DNA of 32,000 bases from Candidatus Thorarchaeota archaeon (GTDB lineage Archaea > Asgardarchaeota > Heimdallarchaeia > Hodarchaeales > Hodarchaeaceae), in NCBI GenBank assembly GCA_048882505.1, contig JBHLRO010000015.1, positions 29,696 to 61,695 of the forward strand. Direction: 5' to 3'. Shown piece by piece: positions 10,001-18,476 of the stretch. The notes under the pieces were generated by a model, which was not told the DNA's origin, did no database searches, and saw only the letters and a program-made list of their open reading frames with translations. A program made the position numbers and the translations under genes. The first letter of the stretch is position 1. Each line of letters starts with the position of its first letter.

Positions 10001-10379
10001 TCTTCGGAATAATCTCTTGGGGAATACTGATCAAACCTCGACTCAGAATGACAAGTGCACTGTGAATAGCCAGGCGGATTAATTGGTTTGGAGATAACTT
10101 GACAAATCGCTCATTAACGATTTGTTTGGCAACCTCTGCAGCAAGTTGCAGCGCATTTTCGTGACTGAACAGATACTGAGGAAGATGTTTGTCGAGACCT
10201 GGGATATTAAGGATTGCTAGGATGTTTTCTTTGGAAGAAAAGGTTAGGCGGGATTCAACTGAATCCATAGGATCGTATTTTCTCGCCCTAGCCTTTGAAG
10301 CAATCGTCAATTGAGTATTAATGTTATTTCTTAAACCTAAACTATATTGTTCGAACTCTGGCACATTCATGGGTTTCAC
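7044..10379 (-). CDS. polC: DNA polymerase D large subunit (DP2) homolog, full-length but divergent and predicted catalytically inactive
   Basis: Colinear DP2 motifs: ASKARARKYDP, GGFRLRYG..RNTG..A.GIHPATM, HVLFPIG..GG, KGILRAK, KDGT.RF..T.APLTHF, LLLDVLLNFS, RGG.MD.P, Zn modules CASC/CPQC, C..H/CTTC and CTRC/CPVC. The catalytic motif reads KTRNCNGDVD (7743-7772) instead of KRRNCDGDED. GTG at 10379 overlaps the upstream stop; ATG at 10370 is an alternative start. Confidence 0.92.
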   Translation of the reverse strand: MKPMNVPEFEQYSLGLRNNINTQLTIASKARARKYDPMDSVESRLTFSSKENILAILNIPGLDKHLPQYLFSHENALQLAAEVAKQIVNERFVKLSPNQLIRLAIHSALVILSRGLISIPQEIIPKIFISNRTNHLTLFFSNTVRYVRGDIIGLVILIADYIRRLLHIERFRPSPALVNRYIEEMELFLALIDRSQDLRRDLVETLIQSIGVEITGEPSERIEVRRFRNLPNIHNQLRMGMCVTLEKLMDNINIIAEQRTTAELLEWEWLKPHVTEKRKKPSFSSKDARGTRPLLSRSKAPGGFRLRYGIARNTGQGAVGIHPATMHFLELLSPGTNVIIDVMDRPITLFPVSSLLGPYIELKDGSTIRVESITEFSDLKDKIKLVWEMGDLLLSPDDIPATETIEEASWTEEWWSQEVYAAMIKQARGLEFLAAKLSIPVDTLKRYLESPILNPPPQEVAVGLSRLSNTPLHPYYSFNWNEIAIGNLEKLLLLIDKSNSDLFPQDADLIKILSNLGVPFTIEGDQLRSPRFELFIQALKGKKQQLTQILLKSPEPPTIEEILSHLTGIQIKSLCHRRIGLKILRVEKAEPRHLNPPAHVLFPIGSYGGSQKDVLKAAGESTINVRLAERYCASCEISTYQVFCPQCDEQTDQHYVCKQGHISAERNCTTCGQYAFPSHYKPIHLATQLELAFQLTGEAKVDKIKGVAYLNSRNHIPEHLAKGILRAKYDLLVYKDGTSRFEMTNAPLTHFTPKEINTSISDLKLLGYSHDVYGDELKNEDQMVELFPFDVIINQSAGDFLIKQTKFVDDELSSLYSLPRYYRRKTLETLIGTIIVGLSPFSAIAVVGRVIGHIKDVNVLLAHPLWHSLKTRNCNGDVDSITLLLDVLLNFSKEFYPTQRGGSMDIPMIVHFPESWEGLSLASKYSSVPLNLLYYRSLNENPLREDLMTYEQSYLAPSIPKIHIIDNYSSFRLENQFKTKTIISKVESILKILPRIRGIEESDFVDGILQNDFMIKTSNSMNRFFLQPFRCTRCKTVFRRIPLSSLCPVCHSDLISLSLSAGWVVRLLHIIEQLQETYNTEISAYSKAWIKLVNLRKQMLFDRGPRPTKLI

Positions 10380-11092
10380 GAGAAGACTCGGACACCATTT
10401 GGGAACGTTACATTTAGAATGCCAACATTATCTAGGGTTGGGATGGAGGGGAATCGATAAACACCCGAATGATCCGAATTTGAGACGGGGAATATAGGCG
10501 TGGTTCCATTTAAGATATAAATAGAAAATACGTCTTGAAAAACGAATTGTGTACCAGATGACTGTTGTACAATAACGGAGTTACCCTTAACCTCGGCCCT
10601 GGCTATGAACGATATATTAAAAGTTTCTATGATCGTAGCCGACGGCTGTAAGGAATTCATTTCTAAATCAAACTCAGCAAATATCTCACTAGTGTAAATT
10701 TTGTCGTCTGAAACATTTGAAAAAGGGGGTTGATTTCCTATAAGACGAAAAGTGATAGGGTTAAGGCTAAGAGAAATGAAAACTTCTTGTACGCTATTGA
10801 GATCTTCAAAATCAGAAATAAAAGTCTCAATTTCGGCCATTGCGGAATCATTGGTGGTAACGCTTCCATCGATTGTATAATCTGCGAGTATGAGTTCTAA
10901 GAAATGTTGTAGCTCGCGTTTAGTATCACCATATGGCTCGATAAGCCCTTCACGATCCACCGCAATCCGGGTACCTCCATAATTCACTAAAACCAATGTC
11001 ATAGCAATAACATAAATGGCTATCAACATAGTTGCTAAAATAAACATTTGTCCTTTTCTATTCCCCAAATGGCGGGCTTTGAGCAAAGTCAT
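10376..11092 (-). CDS. Pilin-like protein with class III (type IV prepilin-like) signal peptide
   Basis: Basic leader NRKG|QMFIL followed by a hydrophobic helix (ILATMLIAIYVIAMTLVLV). Confidence 0.75.
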   Translation of the reverse strand: MTLLKARHLGNRKGQMFILATMLIAIYVIAMTLVLVNYGGTRIAVDREGLIEPYGDTKRELQHFLELILADYTIDGSVTTNDSAMAEIETFISDFEDLNSVQEVFISLSLNPITFRLIGNQPPFSNVSDDKIYTSEIFAEFDLEMNSLQPSATIIETFNISFIARAEVKGNSVIVQQSSGTQFVFQDVFSIYILNGTTPIFPVSNSDHSGVYRFPSIPTLDNVGILNVTFPNGVRVFS

Positions 11093-11093
11093 T

Positions 11094-11609
11094 TTAGATC
11101 TTCTCCCATAAATAGAGCCTCACAACGAATTGACCTCGAAACTGACCGAGAGCAGCAGAGGCGAACGAACTGAGAAAATAATTGGCTGTCACACTATTCC
11201 CCCCCTCAGCTAGGGATCCGATCTCACTTCCTGATCCGATATGTACAACATAGTTGGGATCCATTGTACCATTTGAAACTACATGAGACAAAAGGGCATA
11301 ACCCGTTTTTACGGGAAGAATGGTGGCAATATAATCATTTAACAGGTTCCGATAATTCACATATTCCGTGATGAAACTAGTATCATTATAGAGGTAAATG
11401 ACAGGTCTCAAAATACCCGCTTCATCCGCAGTGGTTAAGATGTCCGTGGCCATACGATCCAGGCTTGAGGTATCTTCTGACTGTTGTACAAGTCGTTCTG
11501 CAGAGTTAATGAGTAGAAGAGCAAGCACCAACATGAGTGAAACCGCGATGAGCGTTTCTGAAATCTGAAGCTGCCCACGGTGGACGCTTCTTCGCTTAGC
11601 AGTTCGCAC
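11094..11609 (-). CDS. Pilin-like protein with class III signal peptide
   Basis: KRRSVHRG|QLQISE followed by a hydrophobic helix; the RGQxxxxE pattern is typical of archaeal minor pilins. GTG start. Confidence 0.78.
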   Translation of the reverse strand: MRTAKRRSVHRGQLQISETLIAVSLMLVLALLLINSAERLVQQSEDTSSLDRMATDILTTADEAGILRPVIYLYNDTSFITEYVNYRNLLNDYIATILPVKTGYALLSHVVSNGTMDPNYVVHIGSGSEIGSLAEGGNSVTANYFLSSFASAALGQFRGQFVVRLYLWEKI

Positions 11610-11612
11610 TTT

Positions 11613-12794
11613 TTACTCGCTCCAAAGAGTAATCGTACATTTCATCAACAAATTTCGGACTAGAACCGGATATGTCCTAGAAAGTCTAGATTCTGCCGAA
11701 AGTTCATCCTCTTGGGTTCCGAATATATCGTAAAACACGCCTGTCGTTGGAGTATGATCTAAAATCGCTGGATAAGAGCCTATTGCCACCTGATATGTAT
11801 CACCGATTTGGGCTATACTGAAAACAACTACAAGCCCATTAGTTGGAATAGGAATAGTTTCATTCCCGCGTACACTGGTTGATAAGTCCAAGGTGGTATT
11901 TGAAAATCCTCCAACTGTGTCCTGGTATAGGATGGAAACATAATGCTGATCTGGGCTTTGTATGAGTTGATCCGAAACCAACAAGGTCGTAGAGTTTATA
12001 CCTCCACCCCACACTGTGCTCGAAGAAGCCGTTCCTATTACCGCTTGACTGAATGCAGGATTGGGATCAATATAGGCCCAGTTCACACCCCAAAGAGCCC
12101 CTTTTTCTACAATACTTAGAACCATGTGCTCTGCATCAGGAATACCTGCATTAGGTATCAAATAATTTTTGGATGCCTGTCCTGCCGCATCAGTTATGGA
12201 AACCCCTAGGGAAGCGATCGTTCCAGTCGTAAAGTCAACCACAAAAAAATTGGCCTTTGCGGATGATATCGGAGACGCGTGTGCATTCCAGGTTCCTACG
12301 GTAATAATATTTGTATTATTATTGCTATTTAAGACCGCAACTTCGACAGAGGTTTCAAGAGTAGGTAGAAGGGCAAGCTGGAAATCTCTTCCTGAAGGGA
12401 GATGGATGGCCTCTTTTAGTGCTGTATAATCGAACGTACTATATCCAGATATTTGAAAGACTGGGAAATCTGTTCCTGTAACCAATCTGGCCATTTTTGC
12501 TGGATCTATAGTCAAAGAAACGGTGGAAATATCGCTACCCAATCCAAAAGTGGTAGGAAGTGTTTGCCGATATCCCCAATCTGGATCCCCCTCTTCCAGT
12601 AAGATTGAACGGGCAAAAATGTCGAGTTCTTCCACGGTTATTCCTTTTAAGGTGGAGACTTGAATTCCAGCTTGAATAGTGACAATTATCAGGATGAGTT
12701 GGGATAGCATGAGCATAAAGAGTAAAAGACTCACGATGAAGTCTACTGCTCGTATCTGTGCTCTTCTACGTTTGAAACGTCCATGGTATCCCAT
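11613..12794 (-). CDS. Large pilin-like/adhesin-like protein with class III signal peptide
   Basis: KRRRA|QIRAVDF followed by a hydrophobic helix, then EEGDPDWG and a beta-rich Thr/Ser/Val extracellular region. Confidence 0.75.
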   Translation of the reverse strand: MGYHGRFKRRRAQIRAVDFIVSLLLFMLMLSQLILIIVTIQAGIQVSTLKGITVEELDIFARSILLEEGDPDWGYRQTLPTTFGLGSDISTVSLTIDPAKMARLVTGTDFPVFQISGYSTFDYTALKEAIHLPSGRDFQLALLPTLETSVEVAVLNSNNNTNIITVGTWNAHASPISSAKANFFVVDFTTGTIASLGVSITDAAGQASKNYLIPNAGIPDAEHMVLSIVEKGALWGVNWAYIDPNPAFSQAVIGTASSSTVWGGGINSTTLLVSDQLIQSPDQHYVSILYQDTVGGFSNTTLDLSTSVRGNETIPIPTNGLVVVFSIAQIGDTYQVAIGSYPAILDHTPTTGVFYDIFGTQEDELSAESRLSRTYPVLVRNLLMKCTITLWSE

Positions 12795-12847
12795 TATAAT
12801 GCACGTTTAACAACTAATTTTCGACTTTCTAATAAAAACCCCGATTT

Positions 12848-13300
12848 TTATACCGAATCTTCAGCTTCAGAAGCACCGATATTTGAAACCTCAAGTTGAA
12901 TAATGACTTCCTCCACCCGATCCTTGAACTCCAGCAGTGTTGTTTCCAGCTCTGTTAACTGCAACCCTTTTTCCAACAAGCTTGTGGCCTGGCCTATCAA
13001 TTCATCGGCTTTCTGTGCTTTTCCACTACTAATCTGTGCGGTCAGTTCGGACAATTTGTCAACCTTAGTAACGATCTGATTTACCAAAATTTCGATCTGG
13101 GAAATCCTTCCCTCAAGCGGGGCTAGATCGACCTCAACAGGAGCAGAAACAGGACTTCCAGTGATTGAGGAGAGCTTACTTGGATCCATTGTTCCTGCTC
13201 CCATTCCTTGGACAAGCAAAAACTCCATATTCTGGATTTTATCCTCTAGTAAGCTGACTTTCGTAAGCAATTCTTCCAACATTTTTTCTTCTTTACCCAT
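12848..13300 (-). CDS. Acidic coiled-coil protein within the pilus operon
   Basis: Heptad-like Leu/Ile/Val spacing in two segments separated by a Gly/Ser/Pro linker. No TM segment or signal peptide. Starts 22 nt after the TadC-like stop. Confidence 0.7.
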   Translation of the reverse strand: MGKEEKMLEELLTKVSLLEDKIQNMEFLLVQGMGAGTMDPSKLSSITGSPVSAPVEVDLAPLEGRISQIEILVNQIVTKVDKLSELTAQISSGKAQKADELIGQATSLLEKGLQLTELETTLLEFKDRVEEVIIQLEVSNIGASEAEDSV

Positions 13301-13322
13301 TCTACATCACACAGAGTCAAAT

Positions 13323-14300
13323 TTAAACCAAGAACACTATTGATCCTTTGAAGATAATGTAGCAGGCCGCTAATAAGAAACACGAATGTCTGAGACCGAT
13401 TTTTGCATCTCCTTCTCCCATTTTTCCTGCAATCAAACCTGAAAATACCGCCTCAATGACCATCAGATGAAAAAATACGAGCTGGAGGCCGGCCAAATTA
13501 AATGGCAGTCCAGCTGTTGGACGTTGACCTTCCGTAACCGCAGAAACAATTTGGATTGCCAGCGTTTGAAAGAAAGAAACCAACAGGATAATCATAACAA
13601 TCGAAAATACGATAAAACTGGCATAAATAATCCAGGTATATGGTTTCATCGCACCGAGTCGTTCACGTTTTAATCCCAGGATTTCAGAGACATGAGTATG
13701 AGCAGATTCGAACACTTCCTCGATTGCACCGCCTGACCGTTCTGCTTCCAAAATCAATAACGAAGTCCTTTTCATGAGGGGAGTATCAGCATGCTCTGTT
13801 AATCCACGCAAAGTATTGCTGAAAGGAATTCCCCAGCTGATTTTGGCTGCCATCTTCTTCAGTTCAGGAGTGAGCGATCCATACTGATGTTTGGATGCCT
13901 CCATGATGGCGCGAGGAAGCGGGAGGCCAGTTTTTTGGGCATCCGAGATTTCCCTCAGCAATGAAGGAATGTGGTCGTCAATATCGTCACGCCATCGTCT
14001 ATCCGAGGTATAGGCCCAAGCGGGGACCAAAATCAGTGCGAAAATCGTAACTATTGTTGCATCAATAATGTCAAAGAAATTGAGGATTGGGTCTCGGATT
14101 ACCTCGCTAATGGATCTGAGAAAAGGATGAGCTTGCCCCTCTGGAATGGGGGGATCCGTTGGCGATGGCATTGAAACAGATCCGATATGTTCTAAAACGG
14201 GAATATAAAAACCGATAAGGACAATGACTGATATAATAATGAAGAGGATGCCAGAAACAATCCAGATTCTTTGTTCACGTTTTTCGGTTAACTTTCCCAT
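13323..14300 (-). CDS. Type II secretion F / TadC / FlaJ-like membrane platform protein
   Basis: IDDHIPSLLREI...TGLPL..AI, YGSLTPEL, WG, AERSGG motif, and C-terminal TM helices with SGLIAGKMGEG. Confidence 0.9.
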   Translation of the reverse strand: MGKLTEKREQRIWIVSGILFIIISVIVLIGFYIPVLEHIGSVSMPSPTDPPIPEGQAHPFLRSISEVIRDPILNFFDIIDATIVTIFALILVPAWAYTSDRRWRDDIDDHIPSLLREISDAQKTGLPLPRAIMEASKHQYGSLTPELKKMAAKISWGIPFSNTLRGLTEHADTPLMKRTSLLILEAERSGGAIEEVFESAHTHVSEILGLKRERLGAMKPYTWIIYASFIVFSIVMIILLVSFFQTLAIQIVSAVTEGQRPTAGLPFNLAGLQLVFFHLMVIEAVFSGLIAGKMGEGDAKIGLRHSCFLLAACYIIFKGSIVFLV

Positions 14301-14319
14301 GCAGTATCCTCCGATGTGT

Positions 14320-15207
14320 TTAGATTTCTCTTGAAGCTGATGTAACCAATAGAATCATAATTGACAACATAAGTGGCATAAGGAAGTAGGTCAATAACAG
14401 CATGACAGCTGTCCCCAACTGAGTGGCATCTGGGGATATCACAGCAAGAATAGCTAAAATGACTACAAAGAAGAGTGGAGCAACAACACCTAAGATCATG
14501 AAGATTTCTGCGAGAACCCCCAATTGTTCAATGAATTCCTTGGTCTCTTCTTCTTTAAGTTTCATGTGAGCCTTAGTTTCCGCAGCAAGATAGAATGTTA
14601 AGTCTCCACCACTTGTGATGGTTGCCGATATACCATCCAAGAATTTAGAAAATCGTTCACTGGGCGATCTGTCACTTGCAGTTCGTAATGCTTTTAGTAT
14701 ATCATATCCAAAAATTTCTATGTCGCGTGTAATCCGTTTACTCTCCTTAGAGATCTCAGGGGCCACAGACTCTTCACCTGCCAGAGAATAGAATAATCGG
14801 TCAGGAGGAACCCCACTGGAAGTCATAGCGGAGAGATAGGAAGCTGTGGAAGTAAGTCCTGCATCTAAAAGGAATTTACGATCCTGTGCCCGCATTGATG
14901 GCCAATACAAGAATGGAAGATATGTTAATAGTCCAATTAGGCCACCAAGTATCAATCCAATTATAATAATAAAGATTAATAGATCGGCTCCAAGAAAAGT
15001 TAATCCTCCAACAATTGAAAGAATCGTGACTAGGATTCCTACGAGTATTGAGCTGAAAATCGCGGTTCCTAAGTATGATCGAACAGAGATATCCATTCCA
15101 GCCTTTTTGAGGCTTGTACCCAAGCGATCAAAGCGGCCTTTTTCGATCCAAGGTTCCAAGTATCTGCCAAACCTCAAATAGCCAACTCGGCGAATAACTT
15201 TACTCAC
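14320..15207 (-). CDS. Type II secretion F / TadC / FlaJ-like membrane platform protein
   Basis: LKKAGM, SSGVPP, RDIEIFGYD, SPSERF..FL.G...TI.SGGDL..YL, several TM helices; directly downstream of the ATPase. Confidence 0.9.
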   Translation of the reverse strand: MSKVIRRVGYLRFGRYLEPWIEKGRFDRLGTSLKKAGMDISVRSYLGTAIFSSILVGILVTILSIVGGLTFLGADLLIFIIIIGLILGGLIGLLTYLPFLYWPSMRAQDRKFLLDAGLTSTASYLSAMTSSGVPPDRLFYSLAGEESVAPEISKESKRITRDIEIFGYDILKALRTASDRSPSERFSKFLDGISATITSGGDLTFYLAAETKAHMKLKEEETKEFIEQLGVLAEIFMILGVVAPLFFVVILAILAVISPDATQLGTAVMLLLTYFLMPLMLSIMILLVTSASREI

Positions 15208-15233
15208 AGAGAACCACCGAATGTTATCAATCC

Positions 15234-16742
15234 TTAAATTGCTTTTAGTTCACGTTTTGCTCGCTCAACGGTCTCTAGGGGGTTTTGATAATAGCTTGTG
15301 ACCACCTCGGCCACTTGAGAAAAGTGGGCCAATTTTTTCTTAACCATCCAACGTATTACCGTCTTTCGCCGCTCTAGCTCATCTAATACTTGAGCTTCGG
15401 TCAATCCTTGCCCTTCCTGAATCCCTTCTAATGTATATGAGCGTCCATAGTTTGTGAAAGTATCTTCCCGCGCGTTCCAACCAAAAACCTTGTTGGTTAT
15501 TAGCTCAGTCGTTACTGGATCTATTCCCACAATTTCGGTGCACTCGACAACCCGCCTTACCTGTTTTTCTCCCCGACGTACCTTTCGAAGAACCACAAGC
15601 ATGTTTAATGTCTGAATCAGGGTTCTGGGAATATTCATTGGTTCGTTTTCGAGCCGCCGAATGGTACCTGAAACACTGTCTCCATGTATCGTACCCATGC
15701 CTGTATGACCTGTAGCCATCGCCTGAAAGAGGTTGTAAGCTTCCGCTCCTCGCACTTCTCCTACGAATAGATAATCAGGTCTTTGCCTTAAAGCGGCACG
15801 GAGAAGGTCGTACATTGATACTTCTCCGCGTCGACTACCATCTGCTTCCCGACCTCCGTACCCTTCTCTAGCTACTGCTGGTATCCAGTTCTCATGGGGA
15901 ATATGCAGCTCCGCGGTATCTTCGATTGACACAATTTTCATTCCCGTTCTAATAAACATGGCCAAACTGTTAAGTAACGAGGTTTTTCCTGCTGCAGTAC
16001 CACCCGCAATAACCACAGAATTTCTATTCTCCAATGCATACCAGAGAAAAGCGGCTAGGTCAAAATCGATGGTGTTAAAGGTTACCATATCAGTGATAGT
16101 TAAGGGATCCGAGCGGAACTTACGAATTGTAAATGTGCTCCCACGCTGGGTAACCTCTCTGCCGTATGTGAGTTGAAGGCGGCTCCCATCAGGGAGGGCC
16201 GCATCGAGGAGCGGTCGAGCAACGCTAATGTGGCGTCCTGATCTTTGGGCAAGTTTGATGATAAATGCGTTAAGATCCTCTTCATTTTCAAATTTAACAT
16301 TTGTCTGGATACTTTCAAACTTTCTATGCCAAATATAAACTGGGATATCAACTCCATCGCATGATATGTCTTCAACGTTATGATCTTTCAGCATGGCGTC
16401 GATCCTGCCAAAACCCACGAAATCTCTTGATATATGATAGTTGATTTTATCAAAAGTCTTTTCATCTAACTTTAATCCATATTGTTTGGCAATCCCAATA
16501 ACCTTTTGCCGTAAATAGTCCCGTGCTAATTCAGGTGATTTTAGGACATTGAAATCGACGTCTAGCTCTTCCTCGAGTACGTCCTTGATCATAGTCAGGA
16601 TATCGGACTCCTTAGAGCTTAGAGGAACCTCCACCACGGTATATTTTGTTTGCTTTGTATCTGGATCTGTTGCTACCAAAGCATAGGAAAATGGGGGTAT
16701 TAGGGGATATGTCTCCCGAATTAAACTACTTGACTGTGCCAT
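15234..16742 (-). CDS. Type II/IV secretion / type IV pilus assembly ATPase (VirB11/TadA/FlaI family)
   Basis: Walker A GGTAAGKT, Asp box EDTAEL, LRAALRQRPD, Walker B FVGEVRG, His box TGH...TIH; also EDISCDG and FTIRKF. Confidence 0.95.
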   Translation of the reverse strand: MAQSSSLIRETYPLIPPFSYALVATDPDTKQTKYTVVEVPLSSKESDILTMIKDVLEEELDVDFNVLKSPELARDYLRQKVIGIAKQYGLKLDEKTFDKINYHISRDFVGFGRIDAMLKDHNVEDISCDGVDIPVYIWHRKFESIQTNVKFENEEDLNAFIIKLAQRSGRHISVARPLLDAALPDGSRLQLTYGREVTQRGSTFTIRKFRSDPLTITDMVTFNTIDFDLAAFLWYALENRNSVVIAGGTAAGKTSLLNSLAMFIRTGMKIVSIEDTAELHIPHENWIPAVAREGYGGREADGSRRGEVSMYDLLRAALRQRPDYLFVGEVRGAEAYNLFQAMATGHTGMGTIHGDSVSGTIRRLENEPMNIPRTLIQTLNMLVVLRKVRRGEKQVRRVVECTEIVGIDPVTTELITNKVFGWNAREDTFTNYGRSYTLEGIQEGQGLTEAQVLDELERRKTVIRWMVKKKLAHFSQVAEVVTSYYQNPLETVERAKRELKAI

Positions 16743-16959
16743 TTTAAATCACTTTTAGGTGTAAAATAATCCGCTGGGGGACACCTAGCGAGAGGAATGT
16801 CACCATGGTTTTTTTTCCGCAATGAAATAGATCTTTGGGGATTTTAATGGCGACATGGTTTGGTTCTTAATTCTCGTTACATTATCTTTTGAGACTTGTG
16901 TTTTTTTAGGCTTGCTATTAGGTTTACTAGACGGTGAACATATGCGTCTTGTTAAGGAA

Positions 16960-17409
16960 TCAAGATATAATGATGGTGATATTATTGGAAATTCTTTGAC
17001 TGTAAAGCGTGATGAATGGTGAAGTACTTACGAACTCTCCACTGGCCGACGTGGTATACCTAGGACCAAGGGAGAAGGTTACGGCATCGTCTATTTCTAG
17101 ATTTCGGGTAAAACCTCTGAGTCTAAGCCGCCCATCCGCAGTAGTTGACATCCGGATCGTATACCGAAATCCTTGGCCCAAGAAGTCAGGAAGATCGATT
17201 TGCATCTGGATAGTTTGATGAGACGCACGTAGGCCTAATACATTCTGCAGAATCTGGTTTTGAACCAATTTAAGGGTCTGGGTCATTTCAATATTCCCAA
17301 TATTGACGCGGAATTGCTCACTCATATTCAGGAACATCGCATTAGTGATTATCACTAGACTAAGTCCCAAAACGAATATTATTGCAAAGGTAATGTATTG
17401 AGAGGCCAT
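16960..17409 (-). CDS. Pilin-like protein lacking a basic leader
   Basis: N-terminal hydrophobic helix (MASQYITFAIIFVLGLSLVII), then an amphipathic helix and IDLP...G..Y beta region, inside the pilin cluster. In-frame TGA/TAG stops lie just upstream. Confidence 0.6.
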   Translation of the reverse strand: MASQYITFAIIFVLGLSLVIITNAMFLNMSEQFRVNIGNIEMTQTLKLVQNQILQNVLGLRASHQTIQMQIDLPDFLGQGFRYTIRMSTTADGRLRLRGFTRNLEIDDAVTFSLGPRYTTSASGEFVSTSPFITLYSQRISNNITIIIS

Positions 17410-17442
17410 TATGGCTCACTACTTTGATATTCACTACGAACT

Positions 17443-18402
17443 CTAGGGAGTTGAGAGATTTACATGGTAAATGACTGGCTGTACTATCACATCGAATCCC
17501 GCTAAGTTGGATATTCCTTGGAGACTTCTTGTACTCCAGATGGTGCTATCAATAGCTGGACCTCCCGAGCTCGAAATTCTTTCCCAAACAAGATCCAACT
17601 GCGCTAGGCCGCTCGTTCCTGGTACCACCACAGGAGGGGTACTATTCTGTTGTACATGCACAGAAACCTGCTTGAAATCTGTGCGAAGTGTGCCAAAGTC
17701 TCCCGATAGAAGTACAAGGAAAATCTGGAAGCGAATTTCGGGGGTGGGAGAAGTTTCGATGCTAAGATGGATAGCAATCCTATAATTCAAACTAATATGG
17801 TGACGGCGATCATTCTGATGACTTAACGTTAAATTCGTGATATCAGGCCATGCTGTGGTCGAGAATGGACCCGTTATGAAGACCTGGTCACGAATTTCGT
17901 AAGGATTTGGGCCTGTAAGGTATTGGAAACTTCCACGCGGTAACACGGCTTGCGGGCTGTTATAGACCCAATCTAAAATTCCTATGTCCAAAATTCCATC
18001 TTGTGGATCGATATCATTGAAGATGTTATACACTAGCTGGTCATTTCGATCGACAAGCCTTAATCCGACATGATAGGATTCAGGAGTATAGTCGATCTGA
18101 CCAGAGGGAACCTGCATTAGTATCGTGCTGAATCCACCTGGAGCTCCACTCTCACTAATCAAGGACTTGATGGTGGAATCGAGTTCCAAGAAACTATTAC
18201 GAACCGCGGTAATTGATTCCTCGGTTTGAGCTCGGTCAATAAAAGGTATTATTTGGATATATGTCACCATTACTCCAACTAGTATCAACGCAAAAATGAT
18301 CACAGCTGCTAGAATTGGTGAAACGGAGCGATGCCTGGATATAATTTTGCTAAATGACGGTTTTAATGTAGGGATGAATTTTTTGGACAAGAAATATCCC
18401 AT
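17443..18402 (-). CDS. Pilin-like protein with class III signal peptide
   Basis: RHRS|VSPILAAVIIFALILVG...IIP resembles the archaeal pilin N-terminus RAVSPVIG. The true start may be nearer the cleavage site. Confidence 0.8.
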   Translation of the reverse strand: MGYFLSKKFIPTLKPSFSKIISRHRSVSPILAAVIIFALILVGVMVTYIQIIPFIDRAQTEESITAVRNSFLELDSTIKSLISESGAPGGFSTILMQVPSGQIDYTPESYHVGLRLVDRNDQLVYNIFNDIDPQDGILDIGILDWVYNSPQAVLPRGSFQYLTGPNPYEIRDQVFITGPFSTTAWPDITNLTLSHQNDRRHHISLNYRIAIHLSIETSPTPEIRFQIFLVLLSGDFGTLRTDFKQVSVHVQQNSTPPVVVPGTSGLAQLDLVWERISSSGGPAIDSTIWSTRSLQGISNLAGFDVIVQPVIYHVNLSTP

Positions 18403-18458
18403 TTCATGTGCTTCTTTGCGAACAGCCCGTTTTGATTTAGGCGTACTGGTGCAATTCC

Positions 18459-18476
18459 ATCCTTTTTAAAAAGGAT
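18459..18476. promoter_or_regulatory. Perfect 18-bp palindrome, candidate operator/TATA region in the pilin-radA divergent intergenic region
   Basis: ATCCTTTTTAAAAAGGAT equals its own reverse complement and lies about 57 nt upstream of the pilin start at 18402. Confidence 0.5.

Noticed and set aside
7044-10379. DP2 homolog as a decayed pseudogene or intein-containing gene
   Set aside because: The frame is uninterrupted for 1111 codons with Zn ligands kept, and there is no insertion at the usual N|C intein site before the catalytic motif.
10376-18402. Archaellum (flagellum) operon
   Set aside because: No archaellin-type N-terminus and no flaF/G/H or chemotaxis genes; two short TadC-like genes rather than one long FlaJ.
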